Shown here: positions 33,401 to 37,311 of the stretch, one piece after another
Layout: each line of letters starts with the position of its first letter
How positions within the stretch are numbered: the stretch's first letter is position 1
NCBI GenBank assembly: GCA_002633005.1
Contig: NMRA01000338.1
Span: forward strand, 10,369 to 47,679
Direction of reading: 5' to 3'
Length of the DNA: 37,311 nt
DNA from: Phoronis australis
Taxonomy: Eukaryota; Animalia; Phoronida
Position numbers and translations under genes: made by a program
Notes under the pieces: model-generated
Database searches by the model: none
Seen by the model: only the letters and a program-made list of their open reading frames with translations
Told to the model about the DNA's origin: nothing

Positions 33401-35863
33401 GTGAAAAAAATAACAGTTGATTGAAAAATCGGCGAAAAAAGAAAGTGGCCAATAGGTGACACACTATTTAATGGCACCGGAAGCCGATGCATACGATCGC
33501 TCCACAAGTTCAGCTGCAGAATAACGGTAGAACGCCAATTTTTCCAACACCGGTAAAGAATTTAGTGTGCTCAAGGAAGGGTGTAGTTTTTAATGACATT
33601 AATTTTGCATCAGATTTTATCTGGTCAGTTTTTTACCCACATCGGCGCAAAGTTGTATATTTATTTTACAGGATTACAGCTTTGTACCAAGACTGGGTCC
33701 AACGGAGCTCAGCACACAGTGGTACCTAGCTGTATTTTGTCGACAGTTTTCAAACAGCTAGCTGGCTGTCTACAAGATCTGAATTGTGCACTTCGACGTT
33801 TCGCGTTACTGTTCCGTCCCGCCGAATCGTGAATCCGGCCCAAATCAGAATATTTTGATTTGGCCTTTCTCGTATCATAATTCTGATACGGGTTGTCCGT
33901 ATCGTAATATCTTTATGAATGAATTTTTTAAAAAACTTAAATTGATTACAAATCCTTGTAACCCGGTATGTTTTCAAATAACTGAGACTTTGTTTCATAG
34001 TGTTAATACACTACAGATACTCACAACGTTGTGTTGCTATTAAATTTGCGACTACGGGTTGCAGGATTTCAAAGTGAATTATTTCAAAACTTTAGCACTA
34101 ATTTAAATGGCCATGCCACTTCACAGTAAATTAACATTTATGACTTACAGCACAAGCCGAAATGTGTCATGTCTAAATATTTTGGAATCGCTATTTATTA
34201 GTCATGAAAAACCTGTGTTGAATGAGCAGCTCACAGGTGTGTATCGCACGCTGGCTCTGTTTCGATAGGGTTGCGGGCTTCCTACCGTGTGTTGCATTCA
34301 CACTCTCTGCTTGTATGCCCCCCTTCCCGCAGTCACGTGTATTTCACTGTTTATGTTGGTACGTATAGGTTCATTCCACTTACTGTCTGATGGTGAGACG
34401 TGCAGTCTTGTGTTTTAATATTTTTGTTTCTTACGGTGGCTGTAAAAGGACGGAACGGCAACATTTTTTCTCCTTGTTAACTCTATCGATAGACTTACTA
34501 TCTCTATCGATAGACTTATCAAATCTATCGAAAGACTTACTATCTCAATTGATAGACTTAGTAACTCTATCGATAGACTTGCTAACTCTATTGATAAACA
34601 TACTATCTCTATCTATAGACTTACTAACTCTATCGATGTACTTACTAACTCTGTCGATATACTTACTAACTCTATCGATAGACTCACTATCTCCGTAGAT
34701 AGACTTACTGAGAGGCACACAAGACTGACAAGGTCATTGCAGGCTATTATGTATCGGACGTTAGTAATTATGAATGCCGTCCAAAAATGATTCGATTCAA
34801 AGTGGCCCAGATGCAAGAATTCTTACGTGGAGTGTACCTTTAATCCTGTGATAACGACTTCAATGAGTTGTATACTATGTTGATGGGAGAACAAAGATTA
34901 GAAACGCCCAGTGATGGTACAGAGGCAGCAGACTTATTGTGTATATCCAGTTCAGAGACACCGTTGTAATTGCACTGTAGACTGTATTCAGTTCAAATGC
35001 ATTTAGGCGCATGGGCCTGTATTCGAAGACATATTAAACTTTCAAAAAGTGAGCCTAACAAAATGTCAAATCCGAATGACAAGCCTTTTTCGTTTTTTTT
35101 TTTTTGGCCCTTCTGTCATGACGAGGCCCTGTCACCAGAGCCTTTTAATTTAATTTGATTTTATCTGTCAATTGTCAGATTTCATTGTGTCTTATCCCGT
35201 ATTCCTTTGAGGCCTTTTAATAAATGATTGCTCATGGCAAATTCAGACAGTTAGTTCTGATGATACACTTTGTTTATACGCACAATTTTCGTACTAGATG
35301 GGAATGTTTGCAGTAAAACGTAAATAGTATTTTCGGAATATTTATTTAGAAAAATCAAAAATTTTAAATCCAGTAACTTCATATCACTCAATAACAACAA
35401 GACTCATAAATTATCAATACTGTCGTACTGGCAACTGCACCTGATTACACCTGTTAAAACGGTTAAAACATAGCACTTCGAGTAATGGTCAGCACACGTT
35501 CAAAAATGGAAGCCATTGTCGATAGATCTAACGTTCTGAAGCAACGAATCGTTGACTCTTAACAACCATGTCGCACATATGTGTATCTTGCTTATACTTA
35601 CCGCCACACTATGTATGAACTTTGAACTGTATATACATGTGTAACACAAGAAATAAAACCAAAAAAGATCGACTTGAATCCATCTCACACCTGTCTTGTT
35701 TACAAATACCGCTTCACTTGGTATGTAGTTTGAACTAAACATTAATTGTATATGCAGTGGCTGTAAAAGGACAGGAATAATAAATTTTAAGAAAAATTTA
35801 ATCTCACCTGACAGTGCCGGTTATGGCCGAGGTCACTATGAGCCACACAAGACAAGACAACAT
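12271..35863 (-). CDS. 13-exon gene: signal peptide + GMC oxidoreductase + unknown domain + PNKP-type HAD 3'-phosphatase + HTEL (1076 aa predicted)
   Basis: Exons (minus): 35863-35808, 32585-32467, 28862-28611, 28016-27865, 27627-27524, 25222-25050, 21107-20971, 20293-19969, 18755-18672, 15698-14747, 14282-13736, 13269-13118, 12448-12271. All 12 introns are GT..AG, with matching phases 2,1,1,0,2,1,0,1,1,2,0,2. Total is 3231 nt, open to TAA. GMC and HAD motifs occur in the expected order. Confidence 0.85.
13118..13269 (-). CDS. Exon 12: PNK 3'-phosphatase (AGI...RKPDTGMW)
   Basis: Acceptor gttgcag|GCA restores NQxGI across the junction; RKPxxGMW is HAD motif III; donor AG|gtatga. Confidence 0.93.
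13736..14282 (-). CDS. Exon 11: second half of the unknown domain plus HAD motif I (FDLDNT) and motif II (SNQ)
   Basis: Acceptor tcttacag|A completes AG|A (Arg) in frame with exon 10; donor CAG|gtaat. FDLDNTISKTKSGEDFPVDENDW resembles the PNKP phosphatase N-terminus. Confidence 0.9.
14747..15698 (-). CDS. Exon 10: GMC C-terminal domain (PEYRG, LHPVGTCKM, LRVCDAS, GNP) plus first half of the unknown domain
   Basis: Acceptor cctttag|GT, donor AG|gtatgt. Catalytic His codon at 15385-15387 and Asn codon at 15271-15273. Confidence 0.93.
17621..17836. repeat. Degenerate ~60-67 bp tandem repeat, 4 units, core cayagtccttcgtgacgcaac
   Basis: Cores at about 17621, 17681, 17748 and 17815. Confidence 0.6.
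18672..18755 (-). CDS. Exon 9: acidic segment (GALCTADPPEYEDDAQNKQYEDSSDTLEG)
   Basis: Acceptor ttcacag|GT, donor G|gtatat. 84 nt, open, phase 1-1 (symmetric, so phase alone does not require it). Confidence 0.7.
19370..19770 (+). mobile_element. Penelope-like pseudo-LTR fragment (ORF C-terminus, UTR with decayed hammerhead core, ORF N-terminus)
   Basis: ES..ISH..VLNEQ-type GIY-YIG tail, then cctgatgatgatcactgcagtctcaaaac, then LSHRKSSRVFNDVCVNEGL. About 230 bp is shared with 34186-34410. Confidence 0.65.
19969..20293 (-). CDS. Exon 8: GMC (VSGVGP...VGQHLWDH...LFDETG)
   Basis: Acceptor actgcag|GTG, donor G|gtaatg. SGxGP and VGxxLxDH motifs. Confidence 0.93.
20971..21107 (-). CDS. Exon 7: GMC (EILFNEERKAIGVTF...RKEVIVGAGSFDTPHLLQ)
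   Basis: Acceptor gtgtag|AG, donor CAG|gtacat. EVIxxAGxxxTPxLL GMC signature. Confidence 0.93.
21850..23001 (+). mobile_element. 5'-truncated decayed LINE (CR1/L2-like reverse transcriptase)
   Basis: VVVDG..SGVTQGSVFGP, QKDLDSL..W, SKC, YLGL....LLWNTH...SKANK across frameshifts; ends in a gaagaagaag tail. Confidence 0.85.
25050..25222 (-). CDS. Exon 6: GMC (ISCSVFQQYK...ARGSSFTGYYKDNAKKPYVAISAPVT)
   Basis: Acceptor ttttacag|A, donor G|gtacag. RxSS...Y and A.VT elements that precede the ILF strand in GMC enzymes. Confidence 0.85.
25541..25730 (-). repeat. Second copy of the 3103-3280 repeat
   Basis: Reverse-complement similarity along about 180 bp. Confidence 0.7.
26206..26295. repeat. Near-perfect spacerless palindrome (82-bp core)
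   Basis: 26210-26291 has 41-bp arms with 2 mismatches, centred on gaattc. Confidence 0.95.
27524..27627 (-). CDS. Exon 5: GMC (EAFHLFPREMKYICEDKTKPWNGYKPDYNGPVEDR)
   Basis: Acceptor catttgcag|GAA, donor AG|gtacaa. Supplies the DxNG motif and the phase 0->2 bridge required between exons 4 and 6. Confidence 0.85.
27865..28016 (-). CDS. Exon 4: GMC (GWQHEDMTYYYKKVED...WHGKGGPMQLNTQLE)
   Basis: Acceptor aatgcag|GA, donor GAG|gtacca. GW...Y.K.E and HG.GGP GMC motifs. Confidence 0.9.
28611..28862 (-). CDS. Exon 3: GMC (GPMESR...IPRFRGRGGTSRVYGAIARR...LWPEG)
   Basis: Acceptor cattacag|GC, donor G|gtagtt. Variant of the PRGxxLGGSSxxNG GMC signature. Confidence 0.9.
29370..29500 (-). mobile_element. 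tRNA-derived SINE head
   Basis: Minus strand ggcagtgTGGCCTGGTTGataagtg..gtgGGTTCAAGTCCCacc gives Pol III A and B boxes, without a proper acceptor stem. Confidence 0.7.
29517..30837 (+). mobile_element. Kolobok-type DNA transposon deletion derivative
   Basis: TTAA duplication (29513-29516, 30838-30841), AGG..CCT termini and ~310-bp inverted arms. THAP remnant MPRYCCVPGC..VCGKHF..LKKGTTPS and zinc motif LFGRCQLC..WECVAGH..W. No catalytic DDE region. Confidence 0.8.
31140..31380. mobile_element. AT-rich MITE with GGGGCC..GGCCCC ends (Harbinger-like)
   Basis: Terminal ggggccctttcca..aactgactta mirrors taagtcaatt..tggaacaggcccc. Confidence 0.5.
31935..32454 (+). mobile_element. Decayed L1/Tx1-type AP-endonuclease fragment
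   Basis: DADGNFLLV, LINIYGQN, GDWNLV, LDFFLVS, RTEH and RGRGLWRFNSTLLSD, with stops and frameshifts. Confidence 0.85.
32467..32585 (-). CDS. Exon 2: GMC FAD-binding Rossmann motif (SVEDGMWCDFVIVGAGTSSLALAGRLAEIPSWKVCVFERG)
   Basis: Acceptor tttacaacag|G, donor G|gtaagc. Matches the GMC N-terminal pattern DxxIVGAGxxGxxxAxRLxE...VxxxExG. This frame is absent from the ORF track. Confidence 0.92.
32731..33400. mobile_element. Non-autonomous element with ~100-bp imperfect inverted arms
   Basis: gaggttgcgtacatgtcacaa..ataccagcaaacggaattt from 32731 mirrors atcggatttgctggtat..ttgtgacgcgtacgcaacctc ending at 33400. Confidence 0.6.
34145..34410 (+). mobile_element. Penelope-like element 3' end (second copy)
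   Basis: Reads STSRNVSCLNILESLFISHEKPVLNEQLTGVYRTLALFR-stop, like a Penelope GIY-YIG C-terminus. Direct repeat of 19370-19590. Confidence 0.65.
34474..34709. repeat. 21-bp minisatellite, about 11 units, consensus ttactaactctatcgatagac
   Basis: Head-to-tail units; the consensus contains the 12-bp palindrome TCTATCGATAGA. Confidence 0.95.
35808..35863 (-). CDS. Exon 1: putative signal peptide MLSCLVWLIVTSAITGTV(R)
   Basis: ATG with A at -3 (gagaagATG), hydrophobic stretch, donor AG|gtgaga in phase 2 matching the exon 2 acceptor. The join reads TGTVRS-VEDG, a plausible signal-peptidase site. Confidence 0.7.
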
Positions 35864-37311
35864 CTTCTCCCGGCCACGTCTCTTCAAAGTAAGCACCTTA
35901 ATACCTGGGTGTTAAGTAGTCTTTACGAATTACACGCGTCAGTAAAAAGACACTCCCGTAGTCCGGGGGGTAGTCCACGTATTAACGATCTAGGGAGGTG
36001 TCCCGTGGTCCGGGGGCGTAGTTTAGGTAATAAGGATGTGGGGGAACTTTCGCTGAGATGAGTGCTGTTATAATCTAGTAGACTTTTAAGTCGCGGTTTC
36101 ACCAATTTGGTGTAAATTTGGAATGCCAATTAGATTCAGCGATATGAAAATGGGATAGTATTTTTCTTTGTATAAATTTCCGTCTGATTTAAATCTGGAC
36201 CGTATAAATTCTAGTGTGATTTTCAAAAATCAGCAAATCATTGTTTAAGGAGAACGCGAAATATAGCTTACTTTGAAAGCCTAGGATGCTAGACGGCAGG
36301 TTAGAGTGGAATATAAACAGGCTTTTCCTAGGGTGGCGTTTTAGCTTTCATACATGTAGGAACGGGACGCATGTCTAGCTCTTGGTGTAAACATGGCTGT
36401 CAATTTTCTTTTTGTGGCCAGCCCAATTACACCCACGTTCCCTTGATTTTCAAATAGGCGTTTCTTAGACATACAATAGGTTAGTTGTTTTTTACCTGTT
36501 AACATTGTGGTGACTCCTTATTCGAGAGAAGCCCTTCTTGGTAAAAGGTGCGTCTTATCTTCTAGACGTGTTATTTAAACATAGTGGCAATTGCGTTTTG
36601 TTTGCTTTGTTAAGATTCTGCTCAGTGAAGAACTTTTTACTGAAGCTTGCTATTCACAATATGTCTTGACTTACCTATTTTTCCGGAGGCTGTAAATATT
36701 GAATTACTATCATATTATACTATATGAAAAGGTTAATGTATTTCAAATACTTGGTCAGGTCGTCTAGACACGTAAGATTGGCAATTACGTTCCAAAAAAA
36801 GTTCAAAACTGCCTGCATTAACGCTTTGCTGTAAAAGAGCTTTGGAAATTTGTAGTGATTTCCATCTGTTTGATATCGAGCTGAAATTTGTTAAAGCTCT
36901 CGTAGAACAGGGTAAATGACAATTCATGAAGTTCCTCAATTTATAGTCGATACTTACATCCATTAACGAAAAATATTTTCAAGTTATTTTCGCCAAACCA
37001 CCTAGCTTATCGGCGACACTTTAATGGGGCTATTCGGAGAATTCTCCTCGCGATGTCGCTGCTGTACTAGTGGTGATTGAATTGCGCATGCGTGGCTGTC
37101 TGCCTGTAAACAACTGGTAAAAGATGGAATTTTTATCAAAATACGTCGACGCGCTAAGCCTTATTACTGCTAATTTCCCGGGTGCAAGTCTTCGACAGGT
37201 GGCCACAAATTCCCAAAAGACCTAAGGTTACTATATTCGTGGACAACTGCGGTCAACAGGGTCAACTAACTGACAAAAAGTGTGTGGATGCTGAAGCCCC
37301 GTGTGTGCTCT

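Noticed and set aside
34390-34816. Leu/Ser-rich ORFs (LSIDLLT repeats) and a possible CRISPR array
   Set aside because: These are translations of a 21-bp minisatellite with no spacers.
34826-34980. Additional coding exon between exons 1 and 2
   Set aside because: Candidate frames contain stops or end in the wrong phase, and exon 1 joins exon 2 directly in frame.
35735-35780. Extra exon after the acceptor-like ccttttacag at 35761
   Set aside because: It would need a 47-nt intron and meets an in-frame TAA after 5 codons. The same motif recurs near 34440, suggesting a repeat.
36000-37311. Promoter or 5' UTR exon of the fusion gene
   Set aside because: Likely lies here, but no specific element can be supported from sequence alone.

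Overview
Intron-rich, transposon-rich eukaryotic DNA, most likely from an invertebrate animal; the species cannot be identified from the sequence. One spliced gene on the minus strand spans most of the window (35863->12271). I assembled it by hand as 13 exons with canonical GT-AG junctions and consistent phases: 3231 nt, 1076 aa. The predicted protein has an N-terminal signal peptide, a complete GMC (glucose-methanol-choline) flavin oxidoreductase, a ~260-aa domain I do not recognise, an intact PNKP-type HAD 3'-phosphatase domain (no kinase or FHA) and a C-terminal HTEL ER-retention signal. I know of no described protein with this architecture. The rest is transposon remnants: an internally deleted Gypsy-type LTR element just downstream of the gene, a Sola3-like transposase relic, a Kolobok derivative with ~310-bp inverted arms, Penelope-like fragments with decayed hammerhead cores, CR1/L2-like and L1/Tx1-like LINE fragments, SINEs, MITEs, a near-perfect palindrome and minisatellites.
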